Shown here: positions 11,620 to 21,226 of the stretch, one piece after another
Numbering within the stretch: the first letter of the stretch is position 1
How the letters are laid out: each line of letters opens with the position of its first letter
DNA from: an uncultured Prevotellaceae bacterium
Lineage (GTDB): Bacteria; Bacteroidota; Bacteroidia; Bacteroidales; Bacteroidaceae
DNA length: 64,000 bases
NCBI GenBank assembly: GCA_946410305.1
Contig: CAMJZV010000017.1
Coordinates: forward strand, 4,477-68,476
Direction: 5' to 3'
Program-made: the position numbers and the translations under genes
The notes under the pieces: model-generated
Databases searched by the model: none
What the model was told of the DNA's origin: nothing
The model's input: the letters and a program-made list of their open reading frames with translations, nothing else

Positions 11620-12828
11620 TTACTTCTTTGGCTGCTGTCCGTTTCCAGCACCGCCTTGTTGCTGTCTGTTGTTACGTGGTCTTGGCATGAAGGGATTCTG
11701 AGCCTGCTGGCCAGCCTGTTCAGTCTCACCACCGCTGATGCTGAAGTCTACCAGCACCTCGGCACCCTCGCTGATGCCGCTGATGATTTCTGTCAGCATG
11801 CCGTTAGTGATGCCCGTCTCCACTTTGTGGGCCTTGAAGGTGTTGCCCTCCAGTGTCCATACCTTCAGGGGTGCCTCCACGTCCTCTATCTGCTCGTTCT
11901 TCTTCAGCAGTGCCTCGTTGGGCATGAAGCGCAGTGCCTTTGAGGGTACTGCCAGCACGTCGTTCTTCTCCAGCGTGAAGATGGTGACGTTGGCGGTCAG
12001 TCCTGGCTTCAGCTTCAGGTCCTTGTTGGGTGCAGAGATGACTACCTCGTAGGTTACCACATTGCTCGTTGTGGTAGCCTCTTGGCGCACCTGTGTCACC
12101 TTACCCTCGAACTTGTCGTCAGGGAAGGCGTCGACAGTAAATGTCACGCGCTGTCCTTCCTGTACACCACCGATGTCAGCCTCGTCGATGTCGGCAATAA
12201 CGCGCATGTCTGTCAGGTCCTGTGCAATGTTGAACAGCTCAGGGGTATTGAAGGAAGCGGCAACGGTCTGGCCTTCCTCTACGCTCTTCGACAGTACCAC
12301 ACCGTCGATAGGCGAGGTGATGGTGGCATAGCCCAGGTTGGTCTGTGCCTTCTGCACGCTCTCACGGGCTGAGTTCACTGTCTGTCGGGCTTTCTCGTAG
12401 CTCAGCTTCGCACTCTCATAGTCGTTGGCACTCACCAGTCCCTTGTCAAACAGCGTCTGGTAGCGCTTGAAGTTTGCAGTCTCATAGCTCAGCGTGCTCT
12501 CTGCGCTGGTCAGCTCGGCCTTGGCACGGTTCAGCTCACTGGTCAGATTGGTACGGTCCAGCTCAGCGATGACCTGTCCCTTCTTTACGACGCTGTTGTA
12601 GTCTACATACAGCTTCGATACGATACCTGACACCTGTGTACCTACCGTCACTGATGTCACAGGCTCAATGGTGCCAGTGGCAGTGATGGTCGTGTGAATG
12701 TTCTGACGTTCAGCCTTCGTGGTCTCAAACGTCACTTCCTCCTCTTTCTTGCCACCCGAGCACATCCAGATGACGAGGGCTACGATGACTACTGCACCTA
12801 TGCCCATCCATATCTTCTTATTCTTCAT
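11620..12828 (-). CDS. Efflux periplasmic adaptor subunit (MacA-like)
   Basis: ATGTIEP...VGTQVSG...ITSPIDGVV...LKPGLTA. Confidence 0.92.
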   Translation of the reverse strand: MKNKKIWMGIGAVVIVALVIWMCSGGKKEEEVTFETTKAERQNIHTTITATGTIEPVTSVTVGTQVSGIVSKLYVDYNSVVKKGQVIAELDRTNLTSELNRAKAELTSAESTLSYETANFKRYQTLFDKGLVSANDYESAKLSYEKARQTVNSARESVQKAQTNLGYATITSPIDGVVLSKSVEEGQTVAASFNTPELFNIAQDLTDMRVIADIDEADIGGVQEGQRVTFTVDAFPDDKFEGKVTQVRQEATTTSNVVTYEVVISAPNKDLKLKPGLTANVTIFTLEKNDVLAVPSKALRFMPNEALLKKNEQIEDVEAPLKVWTLEGNTFKAHKVETGITNGMLTEIISGISEGAEVLVDFSISGGETEQAGQQAQNPFMPRPRNNRQQQGGAGNGQQPKK

Positions 12829-12861
12829 AACTGAAATATATAATTCGTATAATTCGTGGTC

Positions 12862-14160
12862 TTAAATGTTGATTTGTTCTCCTTGGTAAAAGTGGAGTAG
12901 CTGTATGTTCAGTATCGTGGTGTACTTCGACTGCAGCTTGTTCTGTTGTGCCTGCAGCAGATTGGTCTTGCCGTTCATCAGTTCCACGATGTTCTTCAGT
13001 CCCAGTTGGAACTGCTCGCTCAGCAGGTCGTACGACTGCTGCTCACTCTCCGCGCTGATCTTGGCGGCACGGAACTTCTGCTGGTTGCTCTGGGCGTCGA
13101 GCCAGAAGCCCTCAACGGTGGTGTACAGCTCCTTGCGGGTGTCCTGCTGACTCAGCAGAGCTTGCTCACGCTGTATCTTCGCCTTGTTCACGGCAGTCTT
13201 GTTCTTACGGCCGTCAATCAGTGGTACACTGATGCCCAATCCCACGGTAGCGTCGAAGTTGGTCTTCATCTGACTGCCCCACGCATCCGAGCTGCGTGAC
13301 GATGTGCTGGTTCCTACACCGCCCGTTACGTTCACCGTAGGCATATAGCCACCCTTGGCCGACTTGATTTGCAACTCACTTTTGGTGATGGCCAGTTCCT
13401 GGCTCTTTACCTCCGGACGTGTCAGCAGTGCCTGCTCATAGACGTTTTGCAGTGAGGGAATGGCTGCCAATGCTTGCTCGTCGCTGGCCATCGGCATGGC
13501 AATGTCGAAGGCCTCGTCGGTAATCTCCAGCAGTTGCTTCAGCTGTAGCTTATAGCTGGCCAGATTGCTCTGTGCGTTCACGAGGTTATACTCGTCGGTA
13601 GCACGCTGGGCAGTCAACTGTGCCAGGTCGGCTTTCGACATCTTGCCGACTTCCAGCATCGTCTTGCCGCGCTCCTCATTCTTCTTCGATGCCTCCAGAC
13701 TCTGGCGGTTCACCTCGATGGCCTCGTTCATATAGAGTATCTGCACATACAGCTGTGCGATGCGCTCCTGAATGCTGTTGGCGGTTTCCTGAGCCGTCAG
13801 CTCTGCCTGTTCCTCAGCCAGCGCGTTCTGCTTCAGTGCGTTAGTATTCTGACCGCCATTCCATACTGTCCACTGGGCATTGATGCCGTAGGTACCACTA
13901 TAGGAACCCTTCTTCACATCTATACCTTCCATCCAGGGGGAATAGGCCAGCGACTGGTTTGTCGTGGCTGTCAGCGAGGGCAGCAGGGCAGCTTGCGACT
14001 GCTTGCGGTCTTCCGTGGCTGACTGTTTCTTCAGTACGGCCTGCTTCAACGTGATGTTGTTCTGCATGGCATAGTCTATGCAGTCTCTCAGCGTCCACTG
14101 CTTTTGTGCGTGGGCACCGATGCTGGTCATAACCATCAGAATCACAAATACCTTTCTCAT
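12862..14160 (-). CDS. TolC-family outer membrane protein
   Basis: Signal peptide, WTLRDCIDYAMQNN, two OEP repeats; first gene of the efflux operon, with a TACCTTTG promoter at about 14196-14203. Confidence 0.9.
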   Translation of the reverse strand: MRKVFVILMVMTSIGAHAQKQWTLRDCIDYAMQNNITLKQAVLKKQSATEDRKQSQAALLPSLTATTNQSLAYSPWMEGIDVKKGSYSGTYGINAQWTVWNGGQNTNALKQNALAEEQAELTAQETANSIQERIAQLYVQILYMNEAIEVNRQSLEASKKNEERGKTMLEVGKMSKADLAQLTAQRATDEYNLVNAQSNLASYKLQLKQLLEITDEAFDIAMPMASDEQALAAIPSLQNVYEQALLTRPEVKSQELAITKSELQIKSAKGGYMPTVNVTGGVGTSTSSRSSDAWGSQMKTNFDATVGLGISVPLIDGRKNKTAVNKAKIQREQALLSQQDTRKELYTTVEGFWLDAQSNQQKFRAAKISAESEQQSYDLLSEQFQLGLKNIVELMNGKTNLLQAQQNKLQSKYTTILNIQLLHFYQGEQINI

Positions 14161-14304
14161 GCTTTCTTTATAGTTTTATTTCAAATTTCTCGGTGCAAAG
14201 GTAGAAAATATCGACGAAATAGAAAAACAAAAAGCTGAATATTTTCGATTTGGTAGAAATAATTAACGAAAACCTCTATATTTATTCCTGTTTTATAGAG
14301 ATAA

Positions 14305-14398
14305 TATAATAAAAGGCTAACCTCACGGCTAGCCCTTATTACTAAACTAAACAAATACTTTATGTGGTTATATCCAAAACGGATGTGTAATATTTCTG
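14305..14398 (-). ncRNA. Candidate sRNA, about 90 nt
   Basis: TAACTTTG at 14403-14410 (minus); body ...ggatataaccacataaagtatt...; terminator aagggctagc-cgtgag-gttagcctttt. Confidence 0.5.
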
Positions 14399-14539
14399 GG
14401 TGCAAAGTTACTGCATTCTCAGCATCCGTGCAATACCTAATTTGTGGTAATTTTATAAAAAGGAATCCTCACAGGCCGTTTTGATGGAGACGCGCCGATT
14501 AAACTGACTCGCACCAAGTAGACAACAGTATTTGGACGT

Positions 14540-14636
14540 GTAATAGTTGTACAAAGGAAAAATTCTCTAGAGAATTTCCCCTTTATACAGCTGATTTACA
14601 AGAAATTCTCTAGAGAATTTTTAGCGTATATAGCTA
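14540..14636. repeat. REP-like palindromic cluster (AAATTCTCTAGAGAATTT x2, about 43-nt period)
   Basis: Palindromes at about 14560 and 14603; the same unit recurs at about 35528-35606. Confidence 0.8.
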
Positions 14637-14645
14637 AAAAAACAG

Positions 14646-14683
14646 GAAAAGAGTTGTGCTCAGAAAAGAACACAGCTCTTTTC
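14646..14683 (-). terminator. Terminator after metY
   Basis: gaaaagagttgtg...cacagctcttttc hairpin. Confidence 0.7.
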
Positions 14684-14688
14684 TCGTA

Positions 14689-15972
14689 TTAGATCTTGTC
14701 TAATGCCTGCTGGATATCTGCCAGGATGTCGTCGCAGTCCTCGATACCTACAGAGAGGCGGATGAGGTCGGGGGCTACGCCTGCCTCGCGCAGCTGCTCG
14801 TCAGAGAGCTGACGATGGGTGTGGCTGGCAGGGTGGAGCACACAGGTGCGGGCATCAGCCACGTGGGTCACGATGGCAATCATCTTCAGCGAGTCCATGA
14901 ACTCTACGGCAGTCTGACGGTCGCCCTTCAGTCCGAAGGCAATGACACCACAGGAGCCGTTGGGCAGGTACTTCTGTGCCAAGGAGTAGTTCTTGTCGCT
15001 GGGCAGTCCGCTATAGTGTACCCATGCTACGCGCTCGTCCTTCTCGAGGAACTCGGCGATGCGCTGTGCGTTACGACAGTGCTGGGGAACGCGCAGGTGG
15101 AGTGTCTCCAGTCCGAGATTCAGAAGGAAAGAGTTATGGGGGGAGGGTATGCTGCCGAGGTCGCGCATGAGCTGAGCGACGAGCTTGGTCATATAAGCCA
15201 TCTTGCCAAAGGCCTTGGTATAGGTCAGTCCGTGGTAGGACTCATCAGGAGTGGTGAGGCCAGGGAACTTGTCAGCATGGGCATCCCAGTCGAAGTTGCC
15301 GCTGTCTACGACGACACCACCGACCTGTGTGGCGTGGCCATCCATATATTTCGTGGTAGAGTGGGTGACGATGTCGGCGCCCCATTCGAAGGGACGGCAG
15401 TTGATGGGTGTGGGGAAGGTATTGTCGACGATGAGGGGCACGCCATGCTTGTGGGCGATGCGTGCGAACTTCTCGATGTCGAGAATCTGACAGCCAGGAT
15501 TCGAGATGGTCTCGCCAAACAGTGCCTTGGTGTTGGGACGGAACGCCTTGTCAATCTCTTCCTCGCTGGCCTCCTGAGAGATGAAGGTACACTCGATGCC
15601 CAGCTTCTTCAGCGTGACACCAAAGAGGTTGTAGGTACCACCATAGATCTCGTTAGAGGTGACGATATGATCGCCAGCCTCGCAGATGTTGAAGATGGCA
15701 TAGAAGTTGGCCGCTTGGCCAGAGGATGTCAGTACGGCACCAACACCGCCCTCGAGGGCAGCAATCTTCTGAGCTACCGCATCGTTGGTGGGGTTGGCCA
15801 GACGGGTGTAGAAGTAGCCCTCCTTCTTCAGGTCGAAGAGGTCAGCCATCTCCTCTGTGTTGTCATACTTGAATGTGGTGCTCTGGTAGATGGGGAGCAC
15901 GCGTGATTCACCATTCTTGGGTTGCCAGCCTGCCTGTACGCAGAGTGTGGCGGGTTTCATTTTCTGTGTCAT
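14689..15972 (-). CDS. metY: O-acetylhomoserine aminocarboxypropyltransferase (sulfhydrylase)
   Basis: PIYQSTTF, YTRLANPT, IVDNTF, HSTTKYMDGH (PLP Lys), HPASHTHRQL, IRLSVGIE. Confidence 0.92.
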   Translation of the reverse strand: MTQKMKPATLCVQAGWQPKNGESRVLPIYQSTTFKYDNTEEMADLFDLKKEGYFYTRLANPTNDAVAQKIAALEGGVGAVLTSSGQAANFYAIFNICEAGDHIVTSNEIYGGTYNLFGVTLKKLGIECTFISQEASEEEIDKAFRPNTKALFGETISNPGCQILDIEKFARIAHKHGVPLIVDNTFPTPINCRPFEWGADIVTHSTTKYMDGHATQVGGVVVDSGNFDWDAHADKFPGLTTPDESYHGLTYTKAFGKMAYMTKLVAQLMRDLGSIPSPHNSFLLNLGLETLHLRVPQHCRNAQRIAEFLEKDERVAWVHYSGLPSDKNYSLAQKYLPNGSCGVIAFGLKGDRQTAVEFMDSLKMIAIVTHVADARTCVLHPASHTHRQLSDEQLREAGVAPDLIRLSVGIEDCDDILADIQQALDKI

Positions 15973-15987
15973 ATTATATGTTATTAT

Positions 15988-18024
15988 TCACTTTTCACTT
16001 TTCACTAGGCCATAGGCCGCAACGAATTCGTCTTCTGAAATGATTTGTATGCCCAATTCCTTAGCTTTCTTGTTCTTGCCAGAGGTGGAGGTGACGTCGT
16101 TATTAATAAGGAACGACGTGGAACCGCTGACAGCCGATGCCACCTTGCCACCCTGCGACTCGATATAGGCCTTCAGCTCGTTGCGGTTCTTGTAGTGGTG
16201 TACGTCGCCCGTGATGACGAAGGTGAGACCAGTACAACGGTCGCCTGACGGAGATACGTCGGGAGTGGTGACGGATAGCTTCTCGATGAGGCGACGGTAG
16301 CGGGCAAGGTTGTGCTCGTTGCGGAACCAAAGGACAAACTGTGCCGACTTCTCCGGTCCGATGCCATTGATGTGGGCAAAGACATCCTGAGGCTCTGTCT
16401 GTGGAGCAAAGAGGTCTAACTGGGGACTGTCAGCGGGTGAACCGCTGACCGCCATGGTGACCAGTTCGTCGAGGGGGTAGGCGCTGAGCAGGCGCTTGCA
16501 GACGTCGAGTCCGCAGAGCGGTATGTTGAGTGCATAGAGCAAGCGATGGGCCTGTACTTCGCGACTCTTATCAATGCTGCGCATGATGTTGCTGGCAGAC
16601 TTCTCGCCGAAACCCTCCATGCGTGAGAGTTCCAGGATATGGCTGCGTAGCTCGTAGATGTCGGCATATTCGCTAATCCACCCCAGATTGATGAACTTGG
16701 AGAGCGTCTGTTCAGAGATGCCATCGATGTTCATGCCCTCCTTGCTGACGAAACGTGCCAGCTTCTTGAGTTGTTTGGCAGGACATTCGGCATTGGTGCA
16801 GTGGAGCGTTTTGGTGCCACTGACTTCGCTGACGGAGATTTTGGCAGGAGCATGACAGACGGGACATTCGCAGGGCACGATGAATGAGCCTACGCTCTGC
16901 TTGATGGCGATGACCTTGGGGATAATCTTGTTGGCCTTGATGACACTGATCTGGGTGCCAGGACCGCCAATGCCCAGACGCTCGCACTCACTGATGTTAC
17001 ACAGGGAGGCACGACGTACGGTGGTACCCTCCAGCTCTACGGGTTGGAAGATGGCTACTGGCGAGATGGTGCTGGCAGCACACGACCACTCAATCTCCTG
17101 CAATACAGTATCGGCAGCCTCGTCCTGCCACTTGAAGGCCAGTCCGGCACGTGTGGCATGATGGCCCGTGACGGAGCCGGTCTGTGCGTAGGCCGTATCA
17201 TCGTAGCAGATGACCAATCCATCGACAGGGAAGGGATTCTGCTTGGAGACCACCTTTTCTGTGAAGCCTGCTAAACAGGTTTCCACGCTAGAAAGCGAGG
17301 GGGCTTCTACCAGCTGGCGCTCCACGGTCTTGAAGCCTTGCTGGTCGAGCCATGCCATACGGTCGCCCCAACTATTGAGGTCTATGTCAGTATATACTAA
17401 GGTAAAGGGAATCCAGCGGATATGTCGCTGGCGTACTTCGTCAACATCTTTCAGCGTCAGCGAGCCAGAGGCAAGGTTGCGCGGATTGGCGTAGTCTTCG
17501 CCACTCTCCATGAGAAAGCGATCGAAGTCTTCGTAGCTGATGACGGCCTCACCACGTATCACGGTGTGCCCCTTGTGGGCAATGGTCTTGGGAATGTCGC
17601 TGATAGCTTCAGCCAAGTGGGTGATATTGGTGCCGATGTGTCCGTTGCCACGTGTCACCACCTTGCTGAGCTGTCCGTTGTCGTAGGTGACGACGAGGGT
17701 CAGTCCATCGAGTTTCCACGATATCCAGATGGGACGCTGTTCAGCCCATTTCACCAAGTCGCCAATCTGTTTGGTCTTGGCCAACGAGAGGGCAGCAAAC
17801 TCGTGTTCCTCCTTCTGTCCGGTGATGCTATCCTCCGACACTTTCTGCGTGGGAGAGTCGGGCAGGGTAGTGCCAGTCTCTGTTTCCAACCGCTTCAACT
17901 CGTCGAAACGGGCATCCCACTCATAGTCGGTCATGCGTTCTGCCTGTCCGTTGTAGTAGGCGTCGGAAGCCTCGTTCAACTCATTGATGAGTTGCTGCAT
18001 ACGTAGTGTTTTGTCGTCGGTCAT
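15988..18024 (-). CDS. ligA: NAD-dependent DNA ligase
   Basis: KLDG adenylation motif, TRGNG, NPRNLASGSL, DGLV, Zn finger CPVC...C...C, HhH, C-terminal BRCT (TFVITG). Confidence 0.95.
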   Translation of the reverse strand: MTDDKTLRMQQLINELNEASDAYYNGQAERMTDYEWDARFDELKRLETETGTTLPDSPTQKVSEDSITGQKEEHEFAALSLAKTKQIGDLVKWAEQRPIWISWKLDGLTLVVTYDNGQLSKVVTRGNGHIGTNITHLAEAISDIPKTIAHKGHTVIRGEAVISYEDFDRFLMESGEDYANPRNLASGSLTLKDVDEVRQRHIRWIPFTLVYTDIDLNSWGDRMAWLDQQGFKTVERQLVEAPSLSSVETCLAGFTEKVVSKQNPFPVDGLVICYDDTAYAQTGSVTGHHATRAGLAFKWQDEAADTVLQEIEWSCAASTISPVAIFQPVELEGTTVRRASLCNISECERLGIGGPGTQISVIKANKIIPKVIAIKQSVGSFIVPCECPVCHAPAKISVSEVSGTKTLHCTNAECPAKQLKKLARFVSKEGMNIDGISEQTLSKFINLGWISEYADIYELRSHILELSRMEGFGEKSASNIMRSIDKSREVQAHRLLYALNIPLCGLDVCKRLLSAYPLDELVTMAVSGSPADSPQLDLFAPQTEPQDVFAHINGIGPEKSAQFVLWFRNEHNLARYRRLIEKLSVTTPDVSPSGDRCTGLTFVITGDVHHYKNRNELKAYIESQGGKVASAVSGSTSFLINNDVTSTSGKNKKAKELGIQIISEDEFVAAYGLVKSEK

Positions 18025-18148
18025 AGTCGTCTATCCAAAAATTTTGTGCAAATTTACAAAGAAAAACTCAATAATCAGTTGTTAATTATCAATTATTTCG
18101 TATCTTTGCAACAGAATAACCTAAAATAATACTATCTATACGTTTATC

Positions 18149-19120
18149 ATGCAAGAACTGTTTTTTGAATTGCTGCGGGTATCCATCGGACAATTGGACT
18201 GCCTGAGTAGAGGACCTTCGGCTCAGGAGTGGAACGAGATCTATCAAACGGCTCGTCGGCATGGGTTGGTAGGTGTGTGCTATAAAGGCGTAGAACACCT
18301 GTTCGATTTTGGCTTACGTGCTCCTCAGGACTTGAGCATTGACTGGATGGCCGATGCTGAGACCATTCGCGAGGAACAGGAACTGTTTGAGACCCGTTGT
18401 GAAAAGCTCGTCAAGAAACTGGCAGAGCGTAAGCTCCGTACTGCTGTGATGAATGGCTTTGGCGTACACCGTTATGCAGACAATGAACTGCAGCAACTGG
18501 TGCAGACAACGGCTATCGACGTCTTTATAGACTGCAGCATGGAGCGTATCATTAAGTTCGTCCGTCAGACGGGGCAGGAGGACATCCATTGTGGCTATAC
18601 ATCGCTGGCACTGAACGTATGGGATAATATGCCTGTAAACATCCATTATCGTGTGCTTTCTGCGCGTAATCCATTTGCTAACAAGAGGTTGCAGAAGTGG
18701 TTTGCACAGAATAAAGACCTGATGTTCGTGAAGGGTGAGGATGACTGGTGGGTGCCTTCATCGACGATGAACGCCATCTGCATGCTACAGACTTTCCAGC
18801 AGCGTCTGCTTCGTGGAAAGGCCACTATGGGCTATCTGCTAGACTACTACTATGTGCTCAACGACGTCAAAGGGGCTTTCCAACCGTTCAAGGATGGTAG
18901 CAACATGGCGGATGCCCTTCAAGTGCTGGGCATGACGCAGTTTGCTGCTGGTGTGATGTGGGTTCTTGAACAGACGCTGGGGCTAGACCGCCAGTACATG
19001 CTTTGTAAACCCTCAGAGGTAGAGGGACGCTTCGTTCTGCGTTGCCTGATGAGTCGCAAGCGCTCCTTCAAGCACTTGCTGCTACACTATCCGATGGAGA
19101 TGTTGTGGCCGAATCGGTGA
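18149..19120 (+). CDS. Nucleotidyltransferase-family protein (NTP_transf_5-like, degenerate)
   Basis: FFELLRVSIG...EWNEIY...HGLVG N-terminus and FAAGVMWVL C-terminus typical of Bacteroidales NTase paralogs. Confidence 0.55.
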   Translation: MQELFFELLRVSIGQLDCLSRGPSAQEWNEIYQTARRHGLVGVCYKGVEHLFDFGLRAPQDLSIDWMADAETIREEQELFETRCEKLVKKLAERKLRTAVMNGFGVHRYADNELQQLVQTTAIDVFIDCSMERIIKFVRQTGQEDIHCGYTSLALNVWDNMPVNIHYRVLSARNPFANKRLQKWFAQNKDLMFVKGEDDWWVPSSTMNAICMLQTFQQRLLRGKATMGYLLDYYYVLNDVKGAFQPFKDGSNMADALQVLGMTQFAAGVMWVLEQTLGLDRQYMLCKPSEVEGRFVLRCLMSRKRSFKHLLLHYPMEMLWPNR

Positions 19121-19145
19121 GTGGGATTTTGTGAGTGGTGAGTCG

Positions 19146-20231
19146 TTATAGGCTACCCTTGGTAGATGGCAGTTCGTAGTGATAGACATCTCTGCGTACT
19201 GCCATTTTCAGTGCACGAGCCAATGCCTTGAAGATGCCTTCTATCTTGTGGTGTTCGTTCTGCCCCTCCGCCTTGATGTTCAGGTTCATCTTGGCAGCAT
19301 CGCTCAGACTCTTGAAGAAGTGCAGGAACATCTCTGTGGGCATCTCGCCAATCTTCTCACGATGGAACTCGGCATCCCATACTAGCCAGGGACGGCCTCC
19401 GAAGTCGAGACAGACGGAGCAGAGACAGTCGTCCATAGGCAGGCAGTAGCCATAACGCTCAATGCCACGCTTGTCACCTAAGGCTTTCAACAAACACTCG
19501 CCCAGAGCCAGTGCTGTATCTTCGATGCTGTGATGCTCGTCAACGTGCAGGTCGCCATTACAGTGTACGGTGAGGTCTATCATGCCGTGCTTGCCAATCT
19601 GTTCCAGCATGTGGTCGAAGAAGCCCAAGCCCGTCTGGATGTCGCAACGGCCGTTGCCATCGAGGTCGACCTTCACCCAGATATCCGTCTCTTTGGTGGT
19701 GCGACGAACCTCTGCGGTGCGCTCTCCGCCAAAGGCGATGGCAGCAGCCTTTTCCCAGCTCTCGGCGGCTAAACCGTCGAGCATACTGTCTATCTGCAGG
19801 AATCCGCAGCCGATGTTCTTGGCAAACTGGCGGTCTGTATCGCGGTCACCAATGACGAAGCTGCCCTGGATATCGTATTCAGGGTTGCTCATATATTTCT
19901 CCACCAATCCAGTGTTAGGCTTGCGGGTAGGAGCATTGTCCTCTGGGAAATGCGGGTCTATGAGGATGTCGTCAAACGCTACGCCCTCTCCTTTCAACGT
20001 GTCGAGAATAAAGTTCTGTACAGGCCAGAACGTATCCTCTGGGAATGCGTCAGTACCCAATCCGTCCTGGTTGCTGACCATCACAAACTCATAGTCTGTA
20101 TGCTGACGCAGGAATACGAGGCTGGAGATGGCGCGAGGTACAAACTGCAGCTTCTCGAAGCTGTCAATCTGCTCGTCAGCGGGTTCGCGGATGATGGTTC
20201 CGTCACGATCTATAAAGAGTATCTTTTTCAT
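19146..20231 (-). CDS. hisB: Bifunctional histidinol-phosphatase / imidazoleglycerol-phosphate dehydratase
   Basis: FIDRDGT HAD motif; [29 protein letters not shown]. Confidence 0.96.
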   Translation of the reverse strand: MKKILFIDRDGTIIREPADEQIDSFEKLQFVPRAISSLVFLRQHTDYEFVMVSNQDGLGTDAFPEDTFWPVQNFILDTLKGEGVAFDDILIDPHFPEDNAPTRKPNTGLVEKYMSNPEYDIQGSFVIGDRDTDRQFAKNIGCGFLQIDSMLDGLAAESWEKAAAIAFGGERTAEVRRTTKETDIWVKVDLDGNGRCDIQTGLGFFDHMLEQIGKHGMIDLTVHCNGDLHVDEHHSIEDTALALGECLLKALGDKRGIERYGYCLPMDDCLCSVCLDFGGRPWLVWDAEFHREKIGEMPTEMFLHFFKSLSDAAKMNLNIKAEGQNEHHKIEGIFKALARALKMAVRRDVYHYELPSTKGSL

Positions 20232-21106
20232 TGTATGTCTAGTTTTTGTTGTTCATGTTCGAGTTCTTTGGCCTCAATGGTGCCATAGGCATAGTAGCCG
20301 TTGATCAGCATGGGCAGGCAGAGGTAGAAATACAGGAAACTGCACAGGACGAAGGTGATGAAGGTCATGGGCATCATGTACGATGGCATGCCCAATGGAT
20401 CACCGATGAGTACACCCATCTGTGCCCTATAGTTGGCCAGGAAGAGAATGTGGGCAGGAAGCATGACAATCATTCCAGCCAGCAGGATGAAGAGAATGGT
20501 GAGGAAGAACACCAGGAATAATGGTCCCCAGTTTCCCATGCCGCGGCCATAGCCTTTCCTCAGTGTGGCCCAATAGCCCGCAGAGGGTTCCATAATATAT
20601 TTTGTCATCACATACCACATCGGCAAGGCAAAGGGAATGACTATGCACAGGGGAATGCAGACCAACAGCGTGAGGAGTACCCCCTTCAGCGTGCGTCCCA
20701 TCATACATGTGCTGGGCTTCCACCAACTGGCGGGTACGGAGATGTCGCCCGTCTCGCTATGCTCTTTCAACAAGGCATAGATGGTGCTGTGTGCCAAAGC
20801 ACTGACGATGATGACTGCCAGAACAAGTGCGATACACTCAGCCAGCGGCACCAGATAGGGTTGCAGACTCTCTGCGAAGATGCCATTGTAGCGCTGGAGT
20901 TGCAGTTGGATGACAACAATCAGTTCTGGAACCTTGATGGCTGTCAGTGTGCCCAGTGCTGCATTGACGAGTGCATAGATGAGGGCTGTCAGCCATGAGG
21001 CCTTGAAGAATCTGCGAAAGGCGCTGATATATAGACGCATACCTGCCGAGAGGACTCTTCGGTAGCTACGCACTTTTTGTACAATAATTTTCTCTTGTTG
21101 GTCCAT
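20228..21106 (-). CDS. Hypothetical membrane protein
   Basis: About 5-6 hydrophobic segments; coupled to hisB; TACCTTTG promoter upstream. Confidence 0.7.
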   Translation of the reverse strand: MDQQEKIIVQKVRSYRRVLSAGMRLYISAFRRFFKASWLTALIYALVNAALGTLTAIKVPELIVVIQLQLQRYNGIFAESLQPYLVPLAECIALVLAVIIVSALAHSTIYALLKEHSETGDISVPASWWKPSTCMMGRTLKGVLLTLLVCIPLCIVIPFALPMWYVMTKYIMEPSAGYWATLRKGYGRGMGNWGPLFLVFFLTILFILLAGMIVMLPAHILFLANYRAQMGVLIGDPLGMPSYMMPMTFITFVLCSFLYFYLCLPMLINGYYAYGTIEAKELEHEQQKLDIQ

Positions 21107-21126
21107 TTTTTTTTCAATTAGTGATG

Positions 21127-21217
21127 CAAAGGTACAAAATAAAGTGAAAAGTGAAAAGTGAAAAGTGAAATTTTGCTGTTGCCATTTAGGATTTTTACAT
21201 TAATTTTTGTATCTTTG
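21127..21217. promoter_or_regulatory. Divergent -7 promoters with an (AAAGTGA)4 array between them
   Basis: caaaggta at about 21127, tatctttg at about 21210, aagtgaaaagtgaaaagtgaaaagtgaaa at 21142-21170. Confidence 0.7.
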
Positions 21218-21226
21218 CAGTCGATT

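Noticed and set aside
14204-14275. Possible LytTR direct-repeat operator upstream of the TolC promoter
   Set aside because: Only weak ACGAAA-like repeats with unconvincing spacing, which cannot be supported by eye
14181-14405. 74-aa ORF; also 36342-36560, 35649-35843, 51435-51740 and 54324-54515
   Set aside because: They cross promoters, terminators or RNA genes and have non-protein-like composition
14815-15906. 363-aa plus-strand ORF, and similar long antisense ORFs (10572-11342, 21236-22123, 22464-23357, 52494-53273, 62348-63109)
   Set aside because: Antisense shadows of well-supported genes, caused by codon bias; no recognisable motifs
15973-15987. SAM riboswitch upstream of metY
   Set aside because: Only 15 bp separate the ligA stop and metY start, leaving no room
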